In this document: positions 9,424-18,700 of the stretch, one piece after another
Numbering within the stretch: the first letter of the stretch is position 1
Layout of the letters: each line of letters opens with the position of its first letter
NCBI GenBank assembly: GCA_965261395.1
Contig: OZ253462.1
Span: 4,256,001 to 4,320,000, forward strand
Source: Candidatus Latescibacterota bacterium
Lineage (GTDB): Bacteria > Latescibacterota > UBA2968 > UBA8231
Direction: 5' to 3'
DNA length: 64,000 nucleotides
Notes under the pieces: model-generated
Database searches by the model: none
The model's input: the letters and a program-made list of their open reading frames with translations, nothing else
Told to the model about the DNA's origin: nothing
Made by a program: the position numbers and the translations under genes

Positions 9424-11080
9424 CCTCAAGCCCTCCCAGTGAGGAGGAATACGCCACGCCGAGGCGGTCCATAGCTCGCTCCGCCGCCAGAATACCGGAA
9501 AATATCGCTTCTTCGCACAGGGGCAGCCCACTCGCATCGCACGAAGCAAAAAATATCCGCTCCATAGGCTGCTGCCGCCAACTGGCCGTCGGCCCCCACA
9601 GCGACCCAGGACTGGGCCGCATCATCCCGTGCCCCCAGCGGTACAGATCGATGCGCTCTACGAGGTCGTCCAACTCCGGGTGGACTCGGCGCAGGTCGGC
9701 CATGATCTGTTCGGTCCAAAATGAATGGTCCTGCGTGAGCAAGGTGTGCCGGGCGTCCTCAAGTTGGTCGACAAAGGGCCAATAGTACAGCAATACGCGG
9801 CCTCCCCCACCCTGTTGGTGATCGGCGACCACATAGCCCAGCGACGGGCTGTCGTACAAGACATTGTCCCAAGTAGTCTGCTGAGCAGCGAGCGGCTCTT
9901 TGAGAAAAATCGCCGCCACCAACCAAGGGCTATACTCGATGGCCGCCATAGCCTTGGCCTGTGCATCCGGCAGGCCCGCAATCGCGTAGGGAGCCGTGTG
10001 GAGCTTGCCGGCGTACACCACTGCCCGGGCGGTCAGTTGCCGTTTTTTCCCGGTGGCCAAGTCGATGTACCCCAACCGCACCTGCGACCGCTCCTCGGCT
10101 AGACGAGCCACTAGAGCTTGTCGCTTTATCTCGTTCTTCCCCAACCTATTAGCGAGTTCCGCAACTAGGTGTCCATTGCCCTCGGGCCACGTCAGCGTGT
10201 GGGCTGGATACGCCTCCTCGATCCGGTAGTCGTAGAACCTACAGGCATAGTAGTGAATCCCGGCCCAAGCCGAGACTTGGGCTGCCGTGCTGCCGTAGTC
10301 GTCGCGGCAGGCGTAATCGACCAGCCAGCGGAGCCGCTCGTCGTGCCATCCCTCTTCGCGGAGGTACTGGGCCATACTGATCTGGTCCAAACGCCGCACC
10401 CGGACATCGGCCGTGCTGTAGCGCAAAGGCATGGCAAAGGCCCGGCGACCATCGCGGCCGCGATGCAAGGCCCAGCCGAGCATCGCGTCTTCAAAGCGCA
10501 ACAACGCTTCGCGCTCTCGGCCCGATGCGTCGACAAACGGGTCCAGTCCGGCGACCCAGCGACCCCGGTAGAAGAGCCGCTCGTGTGGCCAGCGCAGCAT
10601 GGCCCCAGCGGCGACCAGCGGCTTATTCGCTGCGTCGTAGCCGTCAATGACGCCGATATCTTGCAGTATTTCGTGGATGCAGTCGGCTTCGGCAGGAGGG
10701 ATGTTGATGTAGTGAGCACCCCAGGGAAATACCTGGTCGCCCCATTGGCCACTGCGACTGGTGCCCCCTAGCTGGTCTTCGAGGTCGAGGAGGACGATTC
10801 GCTCCACCCCCGACCGACGCAACTTCCACGCCGCCGCCAAGCCGGATATCCCACCGCCGACAATGGCGATATCGCACGCGTGCTCAGCCGCGGCAAAGTC
10901 TGCCCAAGAATGCACATCGCGCAGCAGGTGCCCACGCGGTGGTCCCTCGTTGACGATCCGCCCGGGGATCGGCCGCCGCTGCTGGTCGGACGAGCAACCG
11001 CTCCAGGCGGCCCAGCCACCACCGGCGGCGAGTGCGCCGAAAAATTGCCTGCGGCTAAGGGCCTTCATCCCATCGGCCAC
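9416..11080 (-). CDS. FAD-dependent amine oxidase-family oxidoreductase with Tat signal
   Basis: 'SRRQFFG' twin-Arg, possible lipobox 'WSGC', 'IVGGGISGL', 'LGGTSRS', 'WGAHY', 'RWGHGM'. Confidence 0.8.
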   Translation of the reverse strand: MADGMKALSRRQFFGALAAGGGWAAWSGCSSDQQRRPIPGRIVNEGPPRGHLLRDVHSWADFAAAEHACDIAIVGGGISGLAAAWKLRRSGVERIVLLDLEDQLGGTSRSGQWGDQVFPWGAHYINIPPAEADCIHEILQDIGVIDGYDAANKPLVAAGAMLRWPHERLFYRGRWVAGLDPFVDASGREREALLRFEDAMLGWALHRGRDGRRAFAMPLRYSTADVRVRRLDQISMAQYLREEGWHDERLRWLVDYACRDDYGSTAAQVSAWAGIHYYACRFYDYRIEEAYPAHTLTWPEGNGHLVAELANRLGKNEIKRQALVARLAEERSQVRLGYIDLATGKKRQLTARAVVYAGKLHTAPYAIAGLPDAQAKAMAAIEYSPWLVAAIFLKEPLAAQQTTWDNVLYDSPSLGYVVADHQQGGGGRVLLYYWPFVDQLEDARHTLLTQDHSFWTEQIMADLRRVHPELDDLVERIDLYRWGHGMMRPSPGSLWGPTASWRQQPMERIFFASCDASGLPLCEEAIFSGILAAERAMDRLGVAYSSSLGGLEDA

Positions 11081-11091
11081 CGACGGTAGCC

Positions 11092-11802
11092 CTATTTTGC
11101 CACCTTCATTCTGGCCTTGAGCTGGGCCAGCGAATCATCGACCTTGACTCCCTTGCTGTCGGCGAGGGCCTTGTCGATCTCGTCGTCAACGGCCGTCGCA
11201 GCGTCTCCCATATCGCCGTAGGCCTCGGCGAGGGCTTCCTGCTCCTCGGCCTTTTCCTTCATCCGTTCGAGCAGGGCCGTGGTGCCCTTTGAGTCGATGT
11301 TGGCCAAGTGCTGGTTGATCTTGCGAGTGGCATTGGCGGTTTTGGTGCGCGCCTTGAGAGTTACCAGATCGTTTTCGTACGAGGCGATTTTCGACTTCAG
11401 GTCGTTGACATTGCTCTGTAGCTTGGTGGCCATCGCCTGTTGGGCTTGGGCCTGTTGGGAAGTTTCTGCGTGCCGACTCTGGGCCTCCTCGACTCGAGCC
11501 AGGGATTCGCGCGCCAAGCGGTCAGCTTCGGCTTCCTCCATCTGGCCGGACTCGGCCTTTTGCAACAGCAGCATGGCCTTGCGCTCGTAGTCTTCGGCGC
11601 GCCGCCGGTGGTCTTCGGACTCGCGGCTGAGCCTTATGGAGATCGCCTTGACCTCGGCGAGGGCCTTGAGGCTCTCCTGCAAGTCATTTTTTAAGTCGCG
11701 GACCGCTTGCTCACTCATCTTGATTGGATCTTCGAGCTTATCCACTATGGAGTGGGCCTCGGCCTGCCCAGTTTTAAACAAGCGTTGAAATATACCTGCC
11801 AT
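11092..11802 (-). CDS. pspA: PspA/IM30 (bacterial ESCRT-III-like) protein
   Basis: 'MAGIFQRL', 'DKLEDPIKM.EQ', long coiled coil, ends 'LAQLKARM'. Confidence 0.9.
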   Translation of the reverse strand: MAGIFQRLFKTGQAEAHSIVDKLEDPIKMSEQAVRDLKNDLQESLKALAEVKAISIRLSRESEDHRRRAEDYERKAMLLLQKAESGQMEEAEADRLARESLARVEEAQSRHAETSQQAQAQQAMATKLQSNVNDLKSKIASYENDLVTLKARTKTANATRKINQHLANIDSKGTTALLERMKEKAEEQEALAEAYGDMGDAATAVDDEIDKALADSKGVKVDDSLAQLKARMKVAK

Positions 11803-11805
11803 GTC

Positions 11806-12207
11806 TTATCCTCCCTCTTTGGCGGCAAACCCCAGTAATTCCTCCCCATGCTCGACTAAGCCGAGACCGAGGGAGTTGATCGTGCTTTCCAGTTCGTTTA
11901 AGTCCAAATTCTCCAGCGCCAGCGTATTGCGATAGAGCAGCGAATCGCCTTCCTCATTAAGGACGAAGGCACCAAAGACCAAGTCGCGGTTCATCTGTAA
12001 AATCCGCTTATACGTCTCGGCGGCTCCAGCGGCGACCTTGATGATAAGCTGCTCGATCACCAACACCGTATCCTCGCAATCAACGACCAAGTTTTGCACC
12101 CCCCGCTCCTCGTCGTTGATAATAATGATTTCCTCTTCGGGAATCTCCTCGGCGATGGCAAAGCCCAGCTCGAGGACGTATTCCTTTACTGTGGTAAAAT
12201 CAGCCAT
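11806..12207 (-). CDS. YbjN/CesT-Tir-like chaperone-fold protein
   Basis: Small acidic protein with 'LQMNRDLVFGAFVL' and 'LENLDLNELE', directly upstream of pspA. Confidence 0.75.
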   Translation of the reverse strand: MADFTTVKEYVLELGFAIAEEIPEEEIIIINDEERGVQNLVVDCEDTVLVIEQLIIKVAAGAAETYKRILQMNRDLVFGAFVLNEEGDSLLYRNTLALENLDLNELESTINSLGLGLVEHGEELLGFAAKEGG

Positions 12208-12227
12208 AAGCTTCCTCCAATGCTAGT

Positions 12228-12533
12228 TTAATGGGTCGTCAGGAACTTCTCCAGCTCTTTATAGGCATGCGTCAACTGGGCGCACAACGCGTTGGCAACC
12301 TCGCGCTTGGCCGGATCCTGTGCGTGGCGGTCGGGGTGGTACTGCTTCATCAACCGCTTCCACGCCGCCTTCACCTCCTCCATATTCGCTCCATAGGGGA
12401 GCTCCAGATTGGCGTAATATCCAGCGAGGACCGGGTCTTCGGCAGGGGCAGGGGCTGGCGGCGGGGGCTGCCAATGCTCGTAGGCCGCAGTATGCGCCCG
12501 CACGACGCGGAATATGCGCGCAAACAAATCCAT
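12228..12533 (-). CDS. small J-domain protein
   Basis: 'YYANLEL...VKAAWKRLMKQYHPD...LTHAYKEL' with intact HPD; amphipathic N-terminus and Pro-rich linker. Confidence 0.85.
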   Translation of the reverse strand: MDLFARIFRVVRAHTAAYEHWQPPPPAPAPAEDPVLAGYYANLELPYGANMEEVKAAWKRLMKQYHPDRHAQDPAKREVANALCAQLTHAYKELEKFLTTH

Positions 12534-12541
12534 AAATGGCG

Positions 12542-12575
12542 AAAATACAAGGGATAGTGGACCTTGTCCACCCCC
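12542..12575 (-). terminator. possible terminator/attenuator hairpin after the OPT-like gene
   Basis: gtggac-ctt-gtccac (12557-12571), followed on the minus strand by tatcccttgtatttt. Confidence 0.4.
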
Positions 12576-15500
12576 TCAATAGGCCAGAGAAGAGACGGCC
12601 TTTTTGATCATTGCTAGGGCGGCGCTGAACATACCGATCAGTGACATGCCAACCCCGAAACCCACGCTCAGAACCATGGCGTAGCGTCGCCATTCTTGCT
12701 TGCCGTACTGCTTCCAAAAATAATGCCTACCCAGCAGGGCACCGATGATTTGCGGAATGAGAAAATGCGGAATGCCGTTGACGCTTTGGACGTATCCCCA
12801 GACCAGAAAAATCGGCATTCCCAGAAAGGCCAAAGTGAAATACGCCGTCAGACCGAATCCCGCGCCGCCGAGGATGATGGGCCACTTCTTGCCGTCGAGG
12901 GGATGGTGCGTATCCTCGTCTATCAGACCGTCGCCGTCGTCGTCTTTGTTGTTGACTAGTTCTTCGTCAAGGCCCTCAATGGCTCCCGCCCGATAGGTCA
13001 ACCCCGGCTGGACGGGCGGCGCGGCGGCCACCCAGCCTTGGTGTCGGCCCTCGTCCCGTTCCCACTCGACTAGCACCGCTGCCGCCGTCTCTTCCACAAC
13101 CGCGGCAAAGGCGGCAACCACCTCCTCGCTGCGCCACGTATCTTGGTCGATACTCCGGCCATTGACCGTCATAAGATGGTCCCCTGCTTGCAATCCCAAG
13201 CGGTGCCCCAGCCCCTCCCCGGCCACGATGGCGACGCGCACTGCGTCGTATTCGGTCCACCCCTCGACAAATGAAGTGTCCGCCGCAAACTCAAGTCCCA
13301 GTCCTTCCCCCGGCCGACGCACCAAGGATCGACGCATGGTTTTCTCATCCCGTTCCCAAGCGACAAACACGGAGTCCGCGCCCTGGGTAAAATACCTGCC
13401 GATCCGCCCGGTATCCCACTCGGGCACGCGGAGTTCGACGCCGTTTACTGCGAGCAGGCGGTCGCCTTCCGCCAGCCCGAGCTGGCCACCTACCCCCTCC
13501 GGCTCCACGCCAGCGACGATGGCCGCGATATTGAGATCGCCGTCGTCGTCCTTGCGGTCGCCTGTAAAGCGCATATCCCGCCACAGGACCTCAAAGAGCA
13601 AGGGCCGGTCCGAGGAGCGCTGCAAAAACTCGCCGTCAAAGCTGGGCAGGCGATCCACTTCAAAATAGAAGTCAAGCGAATCGCCCGGAGCCAGATCAAC
13701 CGAGACCCGGAAGTTGGGGTTCGGCGTGGCAAGGGCCATGCCGTTGGGAGGCCAAAGTAGCTGGGGGCCAGCCGACGGCTCGGCGGCGGTCTGCTCGGCG
13801 GCTTCCGGGGGTGGCGGAGCGCCCTCGCCGCCGAAGTTGGTGTAGAAGTACCCAGTCTGCGACCAAGGGCCATAGGTGCGCTTTACCGGATCGGGCACGC
13901 CTAAATCTCTGGTGGTGCTCGCCCGCCAGTACCACCAGCGGCCGTCCTGCAAATTGCTCGGGCTCCACACGGCTTGGCCACCGGGCACAACATCCCCTTC
14001 CAACTCCTCCCCGGCACGCCACATTTTGCTGTACATCGTGCTGGATAAGTAGAGCGCTTGGTCAAAGGCCCGCAGCGGCCACATTAGCTGCGCGTACGGG
14101 TAGCTCTCCGAGGGGATGGGGGCCAAGCGCCAGAGGAAAGTCCAGTACATCAGACTCACCGCAAAGACGATGGGCAACATAAAGAGTTCGGCCTTGAGCA
14201 GGCTGGTAAACTTCATTCCGGTCAGCTCGACGACCCTAAACCCCTCGGCGTGCCCGCCGAAGTTGCGGGCCGGAAAGGGCACGAACCAGATTTCGACCCC
14301 GCGAAAGCCAGTCATAAAGCGAATGGCTTCATCGACATAGGGAATCGAAATCTCCTTGCCGACTAAGCCATCGAGCCGGGCGCTGACAAAGGACATGATC
14401 GGCGCATAGACAAAGGCGATGAGCACGAACATTACCAGCAGGCCGGTGCTGACCAAGGTGGGAAACAGGGTCTTGGCCAAGACGATCGGATAGATCGCCG
14501 CCACGCAAAACAGCGAAGCGCAAATCCACAGATTGAAATCGCCGCGGCCGAGGTGCTTTAAGCAGTACCCCTTCACTTCGGCCGGGTGGTTGCAGTCCGA
14601 GTGCTTGCACACCGTGGGCTGGCCGGCCCCTTGGAGCTGGAGCTTCTCCCGCAGCTCGGCCTGCTTCTCGCGGCCAGTAGAAAAAAGCTGGTAGAAGCTA
14701 ACTATGGTAACGGCGATGGTGATGCCAATGGAAAAGGCGCGCCAAAAATCGATCCCGGTGGCGATCTGAGTGCGGATGGTGTCCATGCCGACTTCCCAGC
14801 GCGGCATATAGCCCAATTCGTAGAGAAAGGGGCTGACGGCCGTGTGCAGCACCACCCCAGAAAAGGAGCCAACCACCGACCAGAAGGGCATGAGCAACCC
14901 GGTGAATATCGGCCCCAAGTGCACGGCGATCCCCAGCGGCGTGGCAGGGAGGATGTTGCCGAAATAGGGCGTCAGATCCCAGAAGGGAATCGGCAAGATC
15001 TCCACTTTGGACCCCCAGAGCTGGGTGACCACCGGCACCCCTACGTAGATGGCCCCGAATGACGCACCGATAGCCGCGCCGATGCTGAACACCGGCCACT
15101 TCCACGTCTCCTGCTCAGCCCCGGAATCCTCGGCCAGCGCCATGGCGGCCAGCGCCGACATCGGCGCGGTCGGAAAGGGCAATTGCTCGCGGTCGGAGGT
15201 GAGCCGAAAGAGCATGTAGCCGGAAGTAAACCAGGCGATGCGGCCCATGATCGTCCCGATCACCAACAGCAGGATCGGGGCCAGCCAGTCGCGGTGGATA
15301 AAGGTCCGCTCGGCAATGGCCTCCGAGTCGGGCGGGGGTGCCCACCACCACGGCAAAATGCGCGAGATCCCGAATTGCTCGGCTTCGGCCGAACGCACGA
15401 AATACTGACGCCAGAGCAAGTCGAGGAACGCGCCTTCCTCGCGGGCGACCAAGGCGGAGGCCACGTACACCAGCAGGTAGATTTCCTGGCGCTTGAGCGA

Positions 15501-15767
15501 GGTAAACGAGCGTTTGGAGACTTCTAAAAAGAGAATCACCGTCACCCATTGCGCTGCCGCGCCCACACCGCCACCCGTGTACAGCCCGAGGAACATCTCG
15601 CCGGGGGTCATAATCAGCGAGATAAAGAGCACGCCGATAATGGTGCGGATCGTAAAGCCCTCGTCAAAGCGGTCGGGGGCTTCGAGCAAGGCACGGTACT
15701 CTTCGACCTCTGCCCACTGGCGCTGCCTTTTTTCTTCTTGACGCCTTTTCTTTTTGTCGTCGTTCAT
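12576..15767 (-). CDS. OPT-superfamily-like membrane transporter with large soluble insertion (Ig/Fn3-like, two PDZ-like domains)
   Basis: 'GFTIRTIIG', 'LKRQE', 'EQLPFP.A', many TM segments. Insertion has two 'GLAEGDRLLAVNG'/'GLQAGDHLMTVNG' PDZ-type motifs. Confidence 0.6.
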   Translation of the reverse strand: MNDDKKKRRQEEKRQRQWAEVEEYRALLEAPDRFDEGFTIRTIIGVLFISLIMTPGEMFLGLYTGGGVGAAAQWVTVILFLEVSKRSFTSLKRQEIYLLVYVASALVAREEGAFLDLLWRQYFVRSAEAEQFGISRILPWWWAPPPDSEAIAERTFIHRDWLAPILLLVIGTIMGRIAWFTSGYMLFRLTSDREQLPFPTAPMSALAAMALAEDSGAEQETWKWPVFSIGAAIGASFGAIYVGVPVVTQLWGSKVEILPIPFWDLTPYFGNILPATPLGIAVHLGPIFTGLLMPFWSVVGSFSGVVLHTAVSPFLYELGYMPRWEVGMDTIRTQIATGIDFWRAFSIGITIAVTIVSFYQLFSTGREKQAELREKLQLQGAGQPTVCKHSDCNHPAEVKGYCLKHLGRGDFNLWICASLFCVAAIYPIVLAKTLFPTLVSTGLLVMFVLIAFVYAPIMSFVSARLDGLVGKEISIPYVDEAIRFMTGFRGVEIWFVPFPARNFGGHAEGFRVVELTGMKFTSLLKAELFMLPIVFAVSLMYWTFLWRLAPIPSESYPYAQLMWPLRAFDQALYLSSTMYSKMWRAGEELEGDVVPGGQAVWSPSNLQDGRWWYWRASTTRDLGVPDPVKRTYGPWSQTGYFYTNFGGEGAPPPPEAAEQTAAEPSAGPQLLWPPNGMALATPNPNFRVSVDLAPGDSLDFYFEVDRLPSFDGEFLQRSSDRPLLFEVLWRDMRFTGDRKDDDGDLNIAAIVAGVEPEGVGGQLGLAEGDRLLAVNGVELRVPEWDTGRIGRYFTQGADSVFVAWERDEKTMRRSLVRRPGEGLGLEFAADTSFVEGWTEYDAVRVAIVAGEGLGHRLGLQAGDHLMTVNGRSIDQDTWRSEEVVAAFAAVVEETAAAVLVEWERDEGRHQGWVAAAPPVQPGLTYRAGAIEGLDEELVNNKDDDGDGLIDEDTHHPLDGKKWPIILGGAGFGLTAYFTLAFLGMPIFLVWGYVQSVNGIPHFLIPQIIGALLGRHYFWKQYGKQEWRRYAMVLSVGFGVGMSLIGMFSAALAMIKKAVSSLAY

Positions 15768-18700
15768 CAGCTGTGCTCAGTTTCTGCGGGTGCAGCCAGC
15801 ATCTTCTCTGCGACCCCGAGGTGGTGGGCCCTAGACTCCGCAGCGAGGGTGTGCCAGAGTAGGAACTCTTTCCGCAACCCATTGATAAAGCGGTGGTTGA
15901 CCCGCTGCCAGAAGGTGTCCTGACCACTGATCCGCTGAATGTAAATCTCTACAGTATAGACGGATTTGACCTCAGAGGGCAAAAATTCGAGCTGCATAAA
16001 CTGGCTCACTCCCATGTCGAACGGCGCCAGCCAGAGCAGGAGCTGCACTGCGTACTCCGGACCGCGCTCGCCGTCTTCTTGGACTAATTGGACCTTTTCG
16101 GCGTAGAAGTCGCCGATGGACTCTTCGCTATAGGCGCTGAAGTAACCGGCCAAGAATCCGCACAGACCCCGCACTTCCCCCTTGCTGACCATAAAGGGGA
16201 ATTCCATTTCCCAGCGGTCTCCGCTAGGGGCCGGCGGTACCCAGCGACGGACCGTATCGGGCACGGCCATACGGGCGGCTACCCTAGCCGGATATATAGT
16301 CGAAAGCAGGACTATGGCCATCACGATCAGCGACGAGACAATCGCCGCCATAGACGAGTAATTGAGGCTCAGTCCCTGCAGCAGGTCCAACGCAATGAGT
16401 GCTTTGCCCAGACTCTGGCCGAGAATATAGCCCAAGGTAACGCCAATGATCGCATAGACACATGCCTCGGCCACAAAGAGCAAGGCGATATGCAGCGGTG
16501 CCAACCCCACTGATGAGTAAATGCCGATCTCGCGGAAGCGCTCGTAGACGGCCCCCATCATCGCGTTGAGCACAATCAGCGCAGCGATAAACATCGGTAT
16601 CACCAAGGCCCCCAAGCCCTCGACATTGGTCAACCCAATTGAGGTATAGGAAAACACCTTGGTGGCGGCTTCGCCCGGATCTTTTAGGCCGGCAAAGAGC
16701 GTAATGGCCAGGCGCAGGAGAAAATCCTCGATCAACTCCTGCCCGAGCCCTCCATCCTCCAGCCGCACCGCCACCGAGCGCAACATGCCCCCCGACTCCC
16801 GCAGCGTCCCATAGGGCAAGACCAGCACGTTTTCGGATTCTAGGTGGATGAAGGGACGAATATCGAGCGCCGACTCCTCTAGGGCGATGCTCATATTGTC
16901 CTGGGTTACCGGCCCCAGTGCTTGGCCACTCGACATCTGGAAATCCGCCGGCGTCAGCGACTCGTCGTCGAGGTCGCGGATCGCCTCAAAGAGGTCGGGG
17001 TCGAACACGCCCCGCACCACCAAGTCCCGGCCGAATACCCGCACCCTCGCCGTGCCCAGTTCCGCCGGCCCTATGCCCAGCGCCTCGGCCATGCCCTCGG
17101 CCATCAGGCAGGACACCTCGTCCTCGCGCGTGAAGAAGCTGCCTGCCACCAGCGCTTGGTCAATGCCGGTGACGCGCACTTCCTCCGGCATCAGCCCCAG
17201 CATTCCAGTCGCCCGCACCACCGAAGTATCGCCGAAGACCTCGATGTACTTTTTCTGCTCGTCGTCAAAGGCGACATACCAGTTCCGCGGCACGACCACT
17301 CCTTCGGTGGCGAAGTGGGAACGGGCATAGTCGAGCGTCGGGCGATTCAGCACGTTCCAATTGCGGTCGCGGATCAGCACCCCTTCGTAGGTCCCCTCGT
17401 GGTCCATCGCAAAGGCCATATAGCGGATCTGGGTATTGAACGAGGTGAAGGAAAGCACCGTAAAGGTGAGCAGGACCAAGGTCAGCAAGGTCAGCCCGGT
17501 GCGCAGCTTGCGCCGACGCATATTGGAAATGCCGAGCATAAAGGCCGCGTAGCTGGCGCTGGCGCGGCTGATATCGGTCTCGTGAACGTGGGCTTCCCTC
17601 GCCTGATACGCCTTCATATAGCTATTGAAGCGAGTGCTAATCATCGCCATGACAAAGGCCGCCATCGCCATGATTGCAAAGGCCAGCAAGATCACCAGCG
17701 GATGGGCGATGGCAAAGGCCGGGTGAACCTGGGAAATGGCGATCCAGATCAAAAGCAACAACCCCCCAAACCCCGCTAGCTGCCTGCGAATATCGGCTGC
17801 CGCAAACAGCAACCGCTCCCCCAGAAAGGCCGTTGGGATGACCAAGGCGAGAAAAAATACCATGCCGCTGATGACGTCGTTGAGCGTCTGTAGCACTTCT
17901 GGGTACGCGCGGGCCGTCACCCCCAGCGCGGCCCGGACGTGCTCGACATAGCGCTCCCAATCCCTGGCCTCTTCGGCCTGTCGCGCCTGTTCGATCAGCC
18001 CCTTGCCGCGTTGGTGCAACCGGGCTAGGCGCTGGTTTTCAATGGCGTGCTCGCGCAAGGTGTGCAGCCGCGCCTCGTTGAGCCGCCACATGTCCTCGAC
18101 GGCCAGCATTCCGGTGCGGACCAGTGAGTCCCGCCTTAGCGAGTAGCCCCGCCCGCGCGCCTGCGCCACGCTTTCTGTGCCATCGCTGTTGAGTAAGAGC
18201 AGGCGGTTGTCGATGATCATCTTGATGCCCTCGTCCTCGTCGGCATCCTGTGGCCCAAAGACCACGCCAACGGCCTCGCCCTCGTCAAACCCCCGCGCCA
18301 ACCCGAACTGCCGCGGTTCCACCCCGTTCTGATCGACGATCTTGATCCCCTTGAACGACCGGAGATAGCGCGGGTCGATCATGCTGTAAAAGGGCCGCGA
18401 GATACTGGGAAAGACGACGATGATCTTTTCGTTGGTATTCCAGCGAATTTTGCTGTCGATCATCCACCCATTCACGATCCCGCCGCTGAACTTTGTCGCC
18501 CTTTCCGAAAGGTCAGGCGCAAATCCAATATCTCCGGTGGTTGGATCGACTTGGTAAGCCGCCACCGGATAGGCTCCAGTCCGCAAGCCGTCGATATCGG
18601 CGACGCCTTGGCCGTCCGTGAGGTGGTACTGAGCCCAGCGCACGCTCTTGTGAGATTTGAACCAGGGATCGATTACGACAAGGGCGTCGGCGATCGGACG

